Virus record (IMG/VR): IMGVR_UViG_3300013117_000371
Length of the DNA: 64,000 nt
From: a virus
Reading direction: 5' to 3' (one strand)
Position 1 is the first letter of the stretch; every line of letters begins with the position of its first letter. Below the pieces are notes generated by a model. The model ran no database searches. It saw nothing but the letters and a program-made list of their open reading frames with translations, and was not told the origin of the DNA. Made by a program: the position numbers and the translations under genes. This document shows positions 17,046-26,028 of the stretch, in pieces.

Positions 17046-18280
17046 GAGCCCTGGTAAACGAAGGTTTCGGGGAGGGAGTAAAGGTAGGGCTGCGCCGAGA
17101 CTTACTGGTCACAGTGGATGCCCTGGTCCTGTATGACTACCTGTTCAGTTGGTACCATGACAAGGACCGGTGGGGAACCACACCTACGGAAGATGTCCTG
17201 TTGGCCCGCTTTGCAGAAGTAGACTTGCCCAAGAGAACCACTTACACCCTCAACGTCCTGGTGTCCATGCTGGTCGAAGAGAAAATGCGCCGCCACATGG
17301 CGGTCCACCTCCCCGGCATCGAAAACATGTCCCAAGTAAATCCGAGCCAAGCATTGGAAATGATGCAGGAGCTCTGCTCCGACCTGGCGCCGGTGGTGGG
17401 CGCCACCTCACTCGATTTAGCGACCTCTGCTTACGACCATATCATTAAGGAGATGGAGCTGATTGGCACCAATGATGGAATCATCGGCATCCCTTGGCCC
17501 TGGAGCCCGATCAACGAGGGGACGGGCGGCGCCTGCCCTGGGAAGTTCACGTTGGTTTCCGCCCCGCCAAAAACCGGAAAGACCATGTTCTGCTTGGAGG
17601 CTTGTGCTCACTTCTTCGGCTACCATCACGCCCGCGTGGCGGTAATTGTCGGTAAGGAGATGCAAGGGCCGGAAGTACTCACCATTCTGGCGTGCCAGTT
17701 GGCGCGCATTTCGTTGGAGAAGTACTGGCGGGGGCAGCTGCTCGACGACGAAAAAGCCCGGTTCTTGGACTTCTTGCAGAAACTACGCAGTGAAACCAAT
17801 ATGTCCGGGATGCGCTCCAAGCTCAGAATCTACGAGGACAACGGAGAAGGGTTGGCGGCGGTGCGGGAGGCAATCAACTCGTTTGGCCCGGACGTACTGT
17901 ACTACGACGCCCTCTACGCCGCAGCGGACGACTTGGACTGGCGTAAACAGTCGAACCTCATCACTGAAGCGTGTGGGATTTCCAACCGCACCAAGGTTCA
18001 CTTCCTGGCTTCGTGGCAGTCCCATATTCGGGAGGCCAAGACCAGCGGCATTGAGGACCAGTCCGATTACGCCTATTCACAAAACGTATACGCCAAACCT
18101 GACCTATCCATAAAATTGCGCCGGCCGGCCCGGGCTAGCTATATGTGGGTAGGCTTCCCGGCAGAGCGGAAGCTGCCAATCAAACCGTTCAAGATAAACT
18201 ACTCCCCCGGCGATGACATGGCGATGGCCGCCAATCAACAACAGGAGAAGGAGGAACGGGAGGATACGCCACTATGGTAG
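17015..18280 (+). CDS. dnaB: DnaB-like replicative helicase
   Basis: GIPWPW..IN..TGG..PG.FTLVSAPPKTGKT (H1), VLYYD (Walker B), LASWQ (H3). Confidence 0.88.
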   Translation: MGASIELQAVRALVNEGFGEGVKVGLRRDLLVTVDALVLYDYLFSWYHDKDRWGTTPTEDVLLARFAEVDLPKRTTYTLNVLVSMLVEEKMRRHMAVHLPGIENMSQVNPSQALEMMQELCSDLAPVVGATSLDLATSAYDHIIKEMELIGTNDGIIGIPWPWSPINEGTGGACPGKFTLVSAPPKTGKTMFCLEACAHFFGYHHARVAVIVGKEMQGPEVLTILACQLARISLEKYWRGQLLDDEKARFLDFLQKLRSETNMSGMRSKLRIYEDNGEGLAAVREAINSFGPDVLYYDALYAAADDLDWRKQSNLITEACGISNRTKVHFLASWQSHIREAKTSGIEDQSDYAYSQNVYAKPDLSIKLRRPARASYMWVGFPAERKLPIKPFKINYSPGDDMAMAANQQQEKEEREDTPLW

Positions 18281-19374
18281 GCAACAAGACACCTTTGATC
18301 GACTGGGTTGAGGGAGTCCTCGGCCCCTGCCGCAGGGGCGGGTCGGAGAACGTCATGTTCAAATGCCCGTTCCACTCGGGTGGGCGCCACCGTGGGTGGT
18401 CATTTACCATGCACATACATACGGGCCTGTGCAACTGCAAGTCCTGCAATCGGGGGTGGACGCTGTACCAGCTGTTGGCCGAGCTGGAGATGGGGGAGAC
18501 GTACAGGCAAATCAAGCAGGCGGGGCTGGTGTCCGACGCCCCCCGAATTCCCAAGATTGCCAAGAAGGGGCCAAGCACGCTGCCGGAGGAGGTCCTGTTC
18601 CTCTTCCCCGAAGCGTATGGGAAGCTCCCGTTCCCTGACCGCGTCATCGACCACTTCGACGTCAGGTACGATGCTGAGCGGGACCGGGTTGTGTATCCCA
18701 TCCGGGATCACCGGAGGAGGCTACGAGCCTTGCACTACCGGGACTTGAAGGCCGTAGAGGACTGGCAGACCCGGTACCGATTTTACTCCCCCGAGGAGTT
18801 CTCCAGCATGGACGTCGTCTACGATGAAACAGGGAAGGACGAGTGTTTCATCAATGGGCACGTGGTCCTCCCTGCCGTGTGGGAGAGCGAGTACGATACC
18901 ATCATCCTGACGGAGGGGCCCAAGCAGTCCATGAGGGTGTTTGAGGCAGGCTTCCCCAACGTCCTGGGAGCCATGGGGGCGATGGGGGGAGAGCAAGTCC
19001 GGGTGTTGACCAAGTACGACGCCCGGGTACTGCTGTTCATGGACAACGACGAGGAGGGCCAACGGGCCGCTTGGAGCTACCGAGGCAAGCTACGGTGGCG
19101 GGGAGTGAAGGCCCACATTGTAGACTACGGCGAAGATTGTGAAGCCACCCAACCCGACGAGCTGTCGGTGAGGGAAGTTAGGAGTATACTTGAGCACAAC
19201 ATAGGAGGAGCTCATGCGGGTAGACGACAAGTTGTTGAATCAGTACAGAGGGGACAAGCGGCGCAAGAAGAGGAGTCGCCAGTTCACCAGCACGAGGACC
19301 GATCCGAAGCTGATTCTCCAAGACGGTCAGCGGGAGGTCATCCGGGCGTTCCCCGGGACGTACGGAGAGGATGA
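18274..19374 (+). CDS. dnaG: DNA primase (zinc-binding domain + Toprim)
   Basis: CPFH...CKSC zinc domain; ILTEG, MDND..G and PDEL Toprim motifs; C-terminal tail overlaps the next gene by 161 nt. Confidence 0.88.
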   Translation: MVGNKTPLIDWVEGVLGPCRRGGSENVMFKCPFHSGGRHRGWSFTMHIHTGLCNCKSCNRGWTLYQLLAELEMGETYRQIKQAGLVSDAPRIPKIAKKGPSTLPEEVLFLFPEAYGKLPFPDRVIDHFDVRYDAERDRVVYPIRDHRRRLRALHYRDLKAVEDWQTRYRFYSPEEFSSMDVVYDETGKDECFINGHVVLPAVWESEYDTIILTEGPKQSMRVFEAGFPNVLGAMGAMGGEQVRVLTKYDARVLLFMDNDEEGQRAAWSYRGKLRWRGVKAHIVDYGEDCEATQPDELSVREVRSILEHNIGGAHAGRRQVVESVQRGQAAQEEESPVHQHEDRSEADSPRRSAGGHPGVPRDVRRG

Positions 19375-20272
19375 AAACGAGGCAGTGTTCGTGCATTACC
19401 GGGGCTGGGCCCCCGGGGTGCAGAACCCGTTCAACCCCCAGAAGATGGGGTGGTTCCTCACCTGCAATTGCCACGCCGGCAATCGGGACGAGGACTGCGT
19501 GCCTTGCTGGGAAGACGAGGAGTACTTCAAGGAAACTTCGAAGCACCACTTCTACGCCAACCCCTGGTACGCCGTGAACATCATCCAGTATGCAAAGCTG
19601 CACAAGGTACCGCTGGAGGGCAGTGAGGGCAAGGACCCGGACGACGAGGGGTTCCGCTTCCGCTACGCCCGCTGCACGGGGGAGGGCTGCGAGCACTGCA
19701 AAGCGGGGCACGTCACGGTCAATTGGCGGAAATGCCACTTGGACCTCGACGAGGCTGGTTGGGAGGCATTCTGCCAATGGTCCCGGGAGATCTCCCGGAA
19801 GTGCCGCTCCTGCGACGAGGGCGAGGTGCTCCCTGTCGAGGCGACTTGCCCCAAGTGCGGTAAGGCGATCCACGTGGGCCTTGACGCGCTACTCCTGATG
19901 GAAGTAGAGGAGGCCAAGTGCCCCCACTGCGGACATGAGGGCTACATGGAGCTGGAGCACGACTGCCAGGTTCGCAACCACCGTACCCAGGAAGTCTCGG
20001 AAGGGTGCGGGAGCCCCACCTTCTACGATATCTGGGATTGCGACTTGGAGATTGAGCAGGTGCCGAACCCCAAGGGGCGAGGGAAGGTGCTCAAGCTGCA
20101 CAACCACTTCCCAACGGCCGTTGAGGACGAGGGCATGCTGGAGGCCCGAAAGTACCCCTACCGGTTCAAGGCGTACGACCGCCAGTCCACAGACGACCAA
20201 GCAGCGCTGTTGGGGATACCCAACCCCTTCCGGGCGCAAGCCAGGTCCAAGACGGAGGGTGAGGCCGCCTGA
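19214..20272 (+). CDS. Putative ssDNA-binding protein (gp32-like) with multiple zinc ribbons
   Basis: Lies between primase and polymerase; SD AGGAGG; C..C..C plus WYAVNII pattern reminiscent of gp32-like SSBs; 18 Cys. Confidence 0.5.
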   Translation: MRVDDKLLNQYRGDKRRKKRSRQFTSTRTDPKLILQDGQREVIRAFPGTYGEDENEAVFVHYRGWAPGVQNPFNPQKMGWFLTCNCHAGNRDEDCVPCWEDEEYFKETSKHHFYANPWYAVNIIQYAKLHKVPLEGSEGKDPDDEGFRFRYARCTGEGCEHCKAGHVTVNWRKCHLDLDEAGWEAFCQWSREISRKCRSCDEGEVLPVEATCPKCGKAIHVGLDALLLMEVEEAKCPHCGHEGYMELEHDCQVRNHRTQEVSEGCGSPTFYDIWDCDLEIEQVPNPKGRGKVLKLHNHFPTAVEDEGMLEARKYPYRFKAYDRQSTDDQAALLGIPNPFRAQARSKTEGEAA

Positions 20273-22170
20273 TGATCAGGGAAATCCCCCCACCACAGTA
20301 TTTGGAAACCAGCGAGGAGGTCCTCGCTAAGCTGCGCGAAGCCTCCACGGGGGGGTTCCTTGCCGTTGACACCGAGACCACAGGGTTGGACATCATTCGG
20401 GACCACATCGTGCTGTGGTCCTTTGCGAACACCGAAGCGAGGTACGCCACCAAGGCGTACACGCTGGATGCGCTGAAGCAATTCCTGGAAGAAGACTCGA
20501 GCACTATTCTAATCTTCCACAATGCCGCCTATGACATCCACCTGCTGACCAATGCAGGATTCGACCCGATGAAGCTCTGGGCCCGCTGCTTCGACACCCA
20601 AATGATGTCCAACCTGTGGGACCCGGACGGGTTCCACGACTTGAAGGGGCTCTCCTGGAAGATACTCGGGGTGCCCCCGAAGAAGTTCCGGCAGTATAAC
20701 TTCTCCAAGATGAAATTGGAGGACGTCACCGGCGAAGACTTTGTGCAACTGGTCGACTACGCGGCCAAGGATGCGTGGTTGACCATCATGATCTTCCACG
20801 TGATATTCAAGGACCTGTATGAGGCCGAGGCGTACACTACGGGCAAGAAGTGCACCCTATGGGACTACTACATCACCATGGAGCGTCCGCTGGCTCCCAT
20901 TCTGTGGAGGATGGAGCGCCGAGGGATGCGGTTGGACCGGGAGTACTTGGAAGGGTTGCTGGCGCCCATGCAGGAGCGCCTCCGGAAGATCACGGAGCAG
21001 TTCTCCCGCTACGCTGGGCGGGTGGTCAACATGAAGTCCCACCCGCAGCTGCGCTATGCGCTGTTCGAGGTGTTGGGCTACTCAGTAGTGGGGAAGACCG
21101 ACACCGGCTTGCCCTCTACCGATGCGGAGTCCCTGTCCACCTTGCTGGACCAGGAGCAGAACTTGAACGACCCAGTCCTGGAGCTCATCCAGGAGTACCG
21201 GGGGGTGGACAAGTTCCGAGGCACTTACGTCAAGGGCCCCCTGGAGCGGATGATAGAGGACGTCATCCATACCCACTTCAACCAGCATGTAACTGCGACG
21301 GGGCGCTTGTCAAGTTCAGATCCTAATCTGCAAAATATCCCCCGTTCGGACAAAGACAAGCACGGCTTCCACATCCGCCGGGCGTTCGTTGCCAGGGAGG
21401 GCTACAAGCTCATCGCGGCCGACTACGCCCAGATCGAAATGCGGGTGTTGGCGCACCTGGCGCAGGCCAAGACCCTACTTGAGCCCATCTTGCAAGGCAT
21501 GGACATGCACTCGCTGACGGCGTCCCGCATGTTCAACGTCCCGTACGAGGACATCGTCGCAGCCAAGAAAAAGCCCAAAGGGGACGTCACGGAACGAGAC
21601 GAGCAGCTCCTGAAGTACCGCTCCGTGGCCAAAACCATCAACTTTGGAGTTCTCTACGGGTTGACCGCCTACGGGCTCGTCAAAAACCTGAAGAAGGACG
21701 CTGGCATGATCGTGTCCAAACGGGAAGCCCAGAAGTACCTGGACGCGTACTGGGACGTCCACTACGACGTCCGGGAATTCTTCGACGACTGTGTCGACTT
21801 CTCAAAGGAGCAGGGGTTCATCCCGACGTACTTTGGAAGGAAGCGCTATGTTTACTGGCCCAAGAGCCGGAAGCAGTGGAGCGCTATTGCAGAGGCCCAG
21901 CGCAGAACGTATAACACCCCCATTCAGGGGACGGCGGCCGAAATCATGAAGCTGGCCATGGTGAAGATGGACGCCGACGAGGAACTCCGGAAGTTAGGAG
22001 CCGAGATGCTCTTGCAGGTGCACGATGAAATCATTATCGAAGTACCTGCGGAACATGCTGCCCGGGCCCTCGAGCTCGTCCGGGCGGATATGGAGCACCC
22101 CGGGATTGAACTGGATGTCCCCCTCACTGTAGACGCAGCAGTGGCGGACAACTGGGAAGAGGGAAAATGA
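20272..22170 (+). CDS. polA: DNA polymerase family A with 3'-5' exonuclease, no 5'-3' exonuclease domain
   Basis: ExoI DTETTG, ExoII HNAAYD, ExoIII YAAKD; TGRLSSSDPNLQNIP, motif A DYAQIEMR, motif B RSVAKTINFGVLYG, motif C QVHDE. Confidence 0.97.
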   Translation: MIREIPPPQYLETSEEVLAKLREASTGGFLAVDTETTGLDIIRDHIVLWSFANTEARYATKAYTLDALKQFLEEDSSTILIFHNAAYDIHLLTNAGFDPMKLWARCFDTQMMSNLWDPDGFHDLKGLSWKILGVPPKKFRQYNFSKMKLEDVTGEDFVQLVDYAAKDAWLTIMIFHVIFKDLYEAEAYTTGKKCTLWDYYITMERPLAPILWRMERRGMRLDREYLEGLLAPMQERLRKITEQFSRYAGRVVNMKSHPQLRYALFEVLGYSVVGKTDTGLPSTDAESLSTLLDQEQNLNDPVLELIQEYRGVDKFRGTYVKGPLERMIEDVIHTHFNQHVTATGRLSSSDPNLQNIPRSDKDKHGFHIRRAFVAREGYKLIAADYAQIEMRVLAHLAQAKTLLEPILQGMDMHSLTASRMFNVPYEDIVAAKKKPKGDVTERDEQLLKYRSVAKTINFGVLYGLTAYGLVKNLKKDAGMIVSKREAQKYLDAYWDVHYDVREFFDDCVDFSKEQGFIPTYFGRKRYVYWPKSRKQWSAIAEAQRRTYNTPIQGTAAEIMKLAMVKMDADEELRKLGAEMLLQVHDEIIIEVPAEHAARALELVRADMEHPGIELDVPLTVDAAVADNWEEGK

Positions 22171-22547
22171 AAGCGCAACGACGGAGGTTTTGCCACCCCA
22201 TCTTTGAGGAGACAGACGACCTGGACGGGTTCGTGCAGACATTGGTGCGGGTGTTTCGGAGGTATGACAAGGCTGGTACGCTTCCGTCGGGGCTCACTGT
22301 CTCCCAAAACGAACGGGGGCGTTTCTGGCTGGTAAGCGCCGACGCCCCCCAACGCATTGGGAGTTGGGTAGCCCTGGACCTGGACGAGTTGGGGCCGCCA
22401 CCCAACTGCCTGTGGATCGGCTACAGCCGGGAGAAGAGGGAGTACGCCGTAGTAGCAGCGGTTTCGCAGGAAGGGAAGCCCGGAATCGTACTTCAGTACA
22501 CTCAGTCGCTCGGGGGAATCTGCTATAAGAACGGTGGAGTGAATTAG
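22167..22547 (+). CDS. Hypothetical protein (126 aa)
   Basis: ATGA coupling to polA. Confidence 0.7.
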   Translation: MKAQRRRFCHPIFEETDDLDGFVQTLVRVFRRYDKAGTLPSGLTVSQNERGRFWLVSADAPQRIGSWVALDLDELGPPPNCLWIGYSREKREYAVVAAVSQEGKPGIVLQYTQSLGGICYKNGGVN

Positions 22548-22617
22548 TCCGGGGAAACCCCTACTCCGGGCTCAGGAACTTGTTCCGCCTGAGGGGAGGT
22601 GGAAGGAGGCCATTGAT

Positions 22618-23082
22618 ATGGCGAAAAAGAAACTTGGTCGGGCCAAGGCATCTTGGCGGTCCGGCCGCCCCGGCTTCATCGGCTGGGGTAAACACTACCG
22701 AGAGGGAGAGTTCAACGAAGCTCTCGAAGAGAAGAACCTGGTGGGAGACGGTTTCATTGCAGCCCGCACCAAGGGCGGCCGGCGTAATGGCTGGGTCGTC
22801 CTCTCCCGGGACGTGCGCAAAGGGTACCGGCCGCTCATCATCGCCGGCACTCAGTGCGTCATCGTGAAGGGTGACGGGGAGCTGGTGAAGCAGCGGTACG
22901 ACTGCTTCCGGTCCACCGTGACCGGTCTGCGGCTGTTCCGCCCCAGCCAGGGCGAGCCCTACGTCGGCTACGTCAAGGTGGTCGAAGAAGGAGTTCAGGT
23001 CGTCGCCAAGTGGAGCCCGGGGTGCATCCCGGAGAAGTTCACTCGGTTCCAGGGAGCAGAAGCTGAGTTGCTGGCGTCCTGA
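22618..23082 (+). CDS. Hypothetical basic beta-rich protein (154 aa)
   Basis: SD AAGGAGG; high GC3 codon usage. Confidence 0.8.
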   Translation: MAKKKLGRAKASWRSGRPGFIGWGKHYREGEFNEALEEKNLVGDGFIAARTKGGRRNGWVVLSRDVRKGYRPLIIAGTQCVIVKGDGELVKQRYDCFRSTVTGLRLFRPSQGEPYVGYVKVVEEGVQVVAKWSPGCIPEKFTRFQGAEAELLAS

Positions 23083-23143
23083 GACGGCCTAGTGTTTGGA
23101 AGGAACTGGGGGGTCCGGAAACGGGCCCCCCACAGGAGATTCG

Positions 23144-23494
23144 ATGACCAAGAAACCAGGGAAGTTAGTGTTCTCCTTTAGCGGCGCTCTGGTGGCCGAG
23201 GCCTCCACCGAAGGCGGGTGGGAGCGGCACACGGAGCTGCGGCTATACCGCACAAAGGTAGGTTACCTGCTCCAAATTGTTGGGGGGTCACCTATCCCGG
23301 GAGAAGAGGAGAGACACCGCTACATACAGGCAAAGAGCCCACACGAGGTGGTCAAGGTCCTCCGCATGCAGAAGTCCGAGCCACACTCAAACGTCGCCAG
23401 GGAGCTCCTTAGGCTCGCCAAGAAAAGCGACGACAACTTCAAACGTGATTGGGAGGAGCGTCATGGTTCTAGAAAAACTGGCAGTGCAAACTGA
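23144..23494 (+). CDS. Hypothetical protein (116 aa; TELRLYRT.VGY motif)
   Basis: SD CAGGAG before ATG 23144. Confidence 0.75.
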   Translation: MTKKPGKLVFSFSGALVAEASTEGGWERHTELRLYRTKVGYLLQIVGGSPIPGEEERHRYIQAKSPHEVVKVLRMQKSEPHSNVARELLRLAKKSDDNFKRDWEERHGSRKTGSAN

Positions 23495-23618
23495 AGGTCC
23501 AAAGGACGGGAAGTGCCCCAAGTGCGGGAGCAAAGTAGAGAAGCGGGGGGGCGCTCACTGGTGCCCGAAGTGCGGAACTGAGCCGTTCGAGGTGAGACGT
23601 GGCAAAGAAGGGGAGTAA
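23463..23618 (+). CDS. Small zinc-ribbon protein (51 aa, two CPKCG)
   Basis: KCPKCGSK...HWCPKCGTE; SD GGAGGAG upstream. Confidence 0.75.
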   Translation: MVLEKLAVQTEGPKDGKCPKCGSKVEKRGGAHWCPKCGTEPFEVRRGKEGE

Positions 23619-24783
23619 GAAAGCAGAGAAAAAAGGAACGAAGAAGGGCCCGAAGAAGGAGAAGAAGGGGAGCCTTACGCCGGCCGAACAAGCCGAAGCG
23701 ATTAGGGCAGCCCTCGCCAAGAAAGGGGTGCACCTGGTTAGAGCCGCCGACTTGATTACCAACCAGAGCATCCGCCGCCCCTTCGGCGTCCCCTCCCTTG
23801 ACGTCGAAATTGCCGGCGGAGCCGGGTCCGGAGCCGCCACCATCCTGTACGGCCCGTACGGGGCAGGCAAGACCCTTCTGACCATGTGGAACTTGCGGGA
23901 GGCGCAGCGGACGTACGGCAAGGACTTCAAGGGCCTGTTCCTGTCTTTGGGACTGCCGTTGGACCGCCCCTACGCTCGCATACACCGGTTGAAGATCCCG
24001 TTCAACAAGGAAGAGAAAGAAGAGTTCATCGCGCTGTACCAGGGATACCATGGGCAACCCCCCACGCCCCAGGAGATCAAAGAAGCAGGAGCGACCATGG
24101 GGCAGCTGGACTTCCTCTTCGCCGACTACAGCAGCCCCCGGGCCCTGGAGCGGGTACTGGAGGGGTTCCTGACTCTGGTGAGCACCCGGACGTACCAGCT
24201 TGCGGTGGTGGATGACTTAGGCGCTCTGCCGCCCAGGGAAATCGCCGAGAAGAAGCTGGGGGACGACCCCCGCCGGGGGGCTTTCGCCCGCCTGTTCGGG
24301 GAGTTCACGCAGAAGCTCAACCTGTTCCTCCAGTACCACCAGGGGAAGTTCAACCCCACTTCAGTGCTGGTGACCTCCCAGGCTCGCAAGTCGATGATGC
24401 CCGGGGACAACTTCACCCTCCCGTTCGGGGAGGCGCTGAAGCACAACACCGCCGCCGTCATCCGAGTGCGGAAGGACGTTGACAAGGAAGGCGGGCAGAA
24501 AATCGTCTGGAAAATTGCCCGGGGCAAGTACGGGCACGGCGACGGAGCTCGAGGAGTGCTGCTGTTCAACCCTTACTCCGGCATCGACCGGACCATGGAC
24601 CTGGTGACTACGGCCGTCATGTACGAGGTCATTCACAGGGCTGGGACTTCCCACTTCTCATATGGAGAGTTCGGGGGTATTGGCTACGACCCCCTCTGCA
24701 ACTACGTGGAGGAGCACGGGCTGTACGACGAGATCTGGGAAAAGGTCCTGCGGAAGAAGGGTATCCTCATGAGGACGTCTTGA
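23599..24783 (+). CDS. recA: RecA/UvsX-like recombinase with Lys-rich N-terminus
   Basis: FG.PSLD..IAGG, Walker A YGPYGAGKT, Walker B LAVVDD, TSQ.R and GEALKH motifs; insertion between the Walker motifs. Confidence 0.9.
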   Translation: MAKKGSKKAEKKGTKKGPKKEKKGSLTPAEQAEAIRAALAKKGVHLVRAADLITNQSIRRPFGVPSLDVEIAGGAGSGAATILYGPYGAGKTLLTMWNLREAQRTYGKDFKGLFLSLGLPLDRPYARIHRLKIPFNKEEKEEFIALYQGYHGQPPTPQEIKEAGATMGQLDFLFADYSSPRALERVLEGFLTLVSTRTYQLAVVDDLGALPPREIAEKKLGDDPRRGAFARLFGEFTQKLNLFLQYHQGKFNPTSVLVTSQARKSMMPGDNFTLPFGEALKHNTAAVIRVRKDVDKEGGQKIVWKIARGKYGHGDGARGVLLFNPYSGIDRTMDLVTTAVMYEVIHRAGTSHFSYGEFGGIGYDPLCNYVEEHGLYDEIWEKVLRKKGILMRTS

Positions 24784-24808
24784 CAACTCCCCTAACTACT
24801 ACCAAAGT
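24780..24808 (+). promoter_or_regulatory. Candidate promoter TTGACA-N17-CAAAGT
   Basis: Perfect -35 overlapping the recA stop; -10 is weak. Confidence 0.35.
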
Positions 24809-24907
24809 AGCGGCTGGGGGCACGCGTACCAAGCCCACCAGGCAGTTCCTCAACTGCCTGAAGGCGAAGGTGTCCGCTGCCAACGAAAGCACATCTAATA
24901 TGGAGGC

Positions 24908-25285
24908 ATGGCGGACATGACTTGGCAGGAAGCAGAAGCAGCGGTTGCCCGCCTGTACGAGGGGGAGCTTCAGAAAGGATCGGGGTGCTCCCGCAACCCA
25001 GCCCGGAAACAAGACGTAATCTCGGCCACTCACTTGGTGGAAGTGAAGCACACCTGCGCCACGGGGCACCGGGTCAACAAGGACCTCCTATTGGCCATCC
25101 GCCAACGGGCGGCTCGCCTGGGGCTGGCGCCGGCGTTTGCCGTCGTCTTCGACCATCGGCAGTATGCGGTAGTTGTGCACGCCGACGTCGACGCCGTCCT
25201 GGAGGAGCATAAGGACGACGGTCGCAAAACCGTCACTATCTACCCTGGCGGCATGAAGCCACTTTGGAAAACGGAGTACATATGA
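24908..25285 (+). CDS. Hjc-like PD-(D/E)XK Holliday junction resolvase
   Basis: W..AE..VA.L..G....GSG......K.DV.....LVEVK pattern; 125 aa; SD GGAGG. Confidence 0.7.
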   Translation: MADMTWQEAEAAVARLYEGELQKGSGCSRNPARKQDVISATHLVEVKHTCATGHRVNKDLLLAIRQRAARLGLAPAFAVVFDHRQYAVVVHADVDAVLEEHKDDGRKTVTIYPGGMKPLWKTEYI

Positions 25286-26028
25286 TTGAAGCGCGCCACG
25301 AGCAGGCGGTCGAGCAGCTGAACGGCATCCTGCAAGAACTGCGGATCGACCCGCCGGAAGTGAAGAACCAGACCTTGACCCCGTCGCAGGCCGACCTTGG
25401 TTGGTGCCCTCGGAAACTGTATTTCAAGTTGACCGGTGAAACGGCGAAGCGCCGAACTACGCTCCAGGCTCAGCTGAGGATGGAGATGGGGAACTGCATT
25501 CACGAAGTTATCCAAACCTGGATAAAACGCAAGCTCCCGGAGACACTGATTGAGTTCGTAGTGCCGGACACTGAGATGTTGGGGATTACCTCCCGGGCCC
25601 GGGTCGATCTGATCATTGCTGAGTTGCTCAAGGGAGAGTACGACTTCCTGGGGGAGATCAAGTCTTGTGGGGATGCCTACTTCAAGAAATACGTGAAGAA
25701 CACCCCCCAGTCACACTATTTCCAAATGCTGATGACGGCGGCGCTGCTGAAGCTGTGGCAGCCCGGTATCCTAATCCTTGTCAATCGGAACACAGGGACG
25801 CCCCACGCCAAATTGGTGGACCTCACCGAGGAAGCATGGGCAAAAGAACTGGCCGAGTTGGCCAAGTTCAAGGAGACCTATGTTGACTCCGGGATCTTAC
25901 CGCCTTTGCCGGTAGGGAAAAGTTCTTTTCTTTGCAGCACTTGTGACTACTACCATAAGTGCTTTGGCCGCAGACAGCCCAAGACCGGGGCACTCGCCCG
26001 CAGTAAGGTATTCAAAAGGAGGAGTTGA
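25282..26028 (+). CDS. Cas4-like PD-(D/E)XK exonuclease
   Basis: TPSQ...CPRK, GNCIHE, RVD, EIKS, Q motif and C-terminal CSTCDYYHKC (Fe-S Cys set). Confidence 0.85.
   Translation: MIEARHEQAVEQLNGILQELRIDPPEVKNQTLTPSQADLGWCPRKLYFKLTGETAKRRTTLQAQLRMEMGNCIHEVIQTWIKRKLPETLIEFVVPDTEMLGITSRARVDLIIAELLKGEYDFLGEIKSCGDAYFKKYVKNTPQSHYFQMLMTAALLKLWQPGILILVNRNTGTPHAKLVDLTEEAWAKELAELAKFKETYVDSGILPPLPVGKSSFLCSTCDYYHKCFGRRQPKTGALARSKVFKRRS

Noticed and set aside
15285-22170. SPO1-type fused UDG-polymerase
   Set aside because: UDG and PolA are separate ORFs about 4.4 kb apart with five genes between them.
24807-24882. tRNA-like cloverleaf (~75 nt, ends in CCA, TTC-containing loop)
   Set aside because: The acceptor stem has a mismatch, there is no D-arm or anticodon arm geometry, and the TTC hairpin is more than 10 nt from the acceptor strand. 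Kept only as a structured leader.
25282-26028. Cas4-like gene as evidence of a CRISPR-Cas locus
   Set aside because: No repeat-spacer array or other cas genes; stand-alone Cas4-like exonucleases are common in phage recombination clusters.
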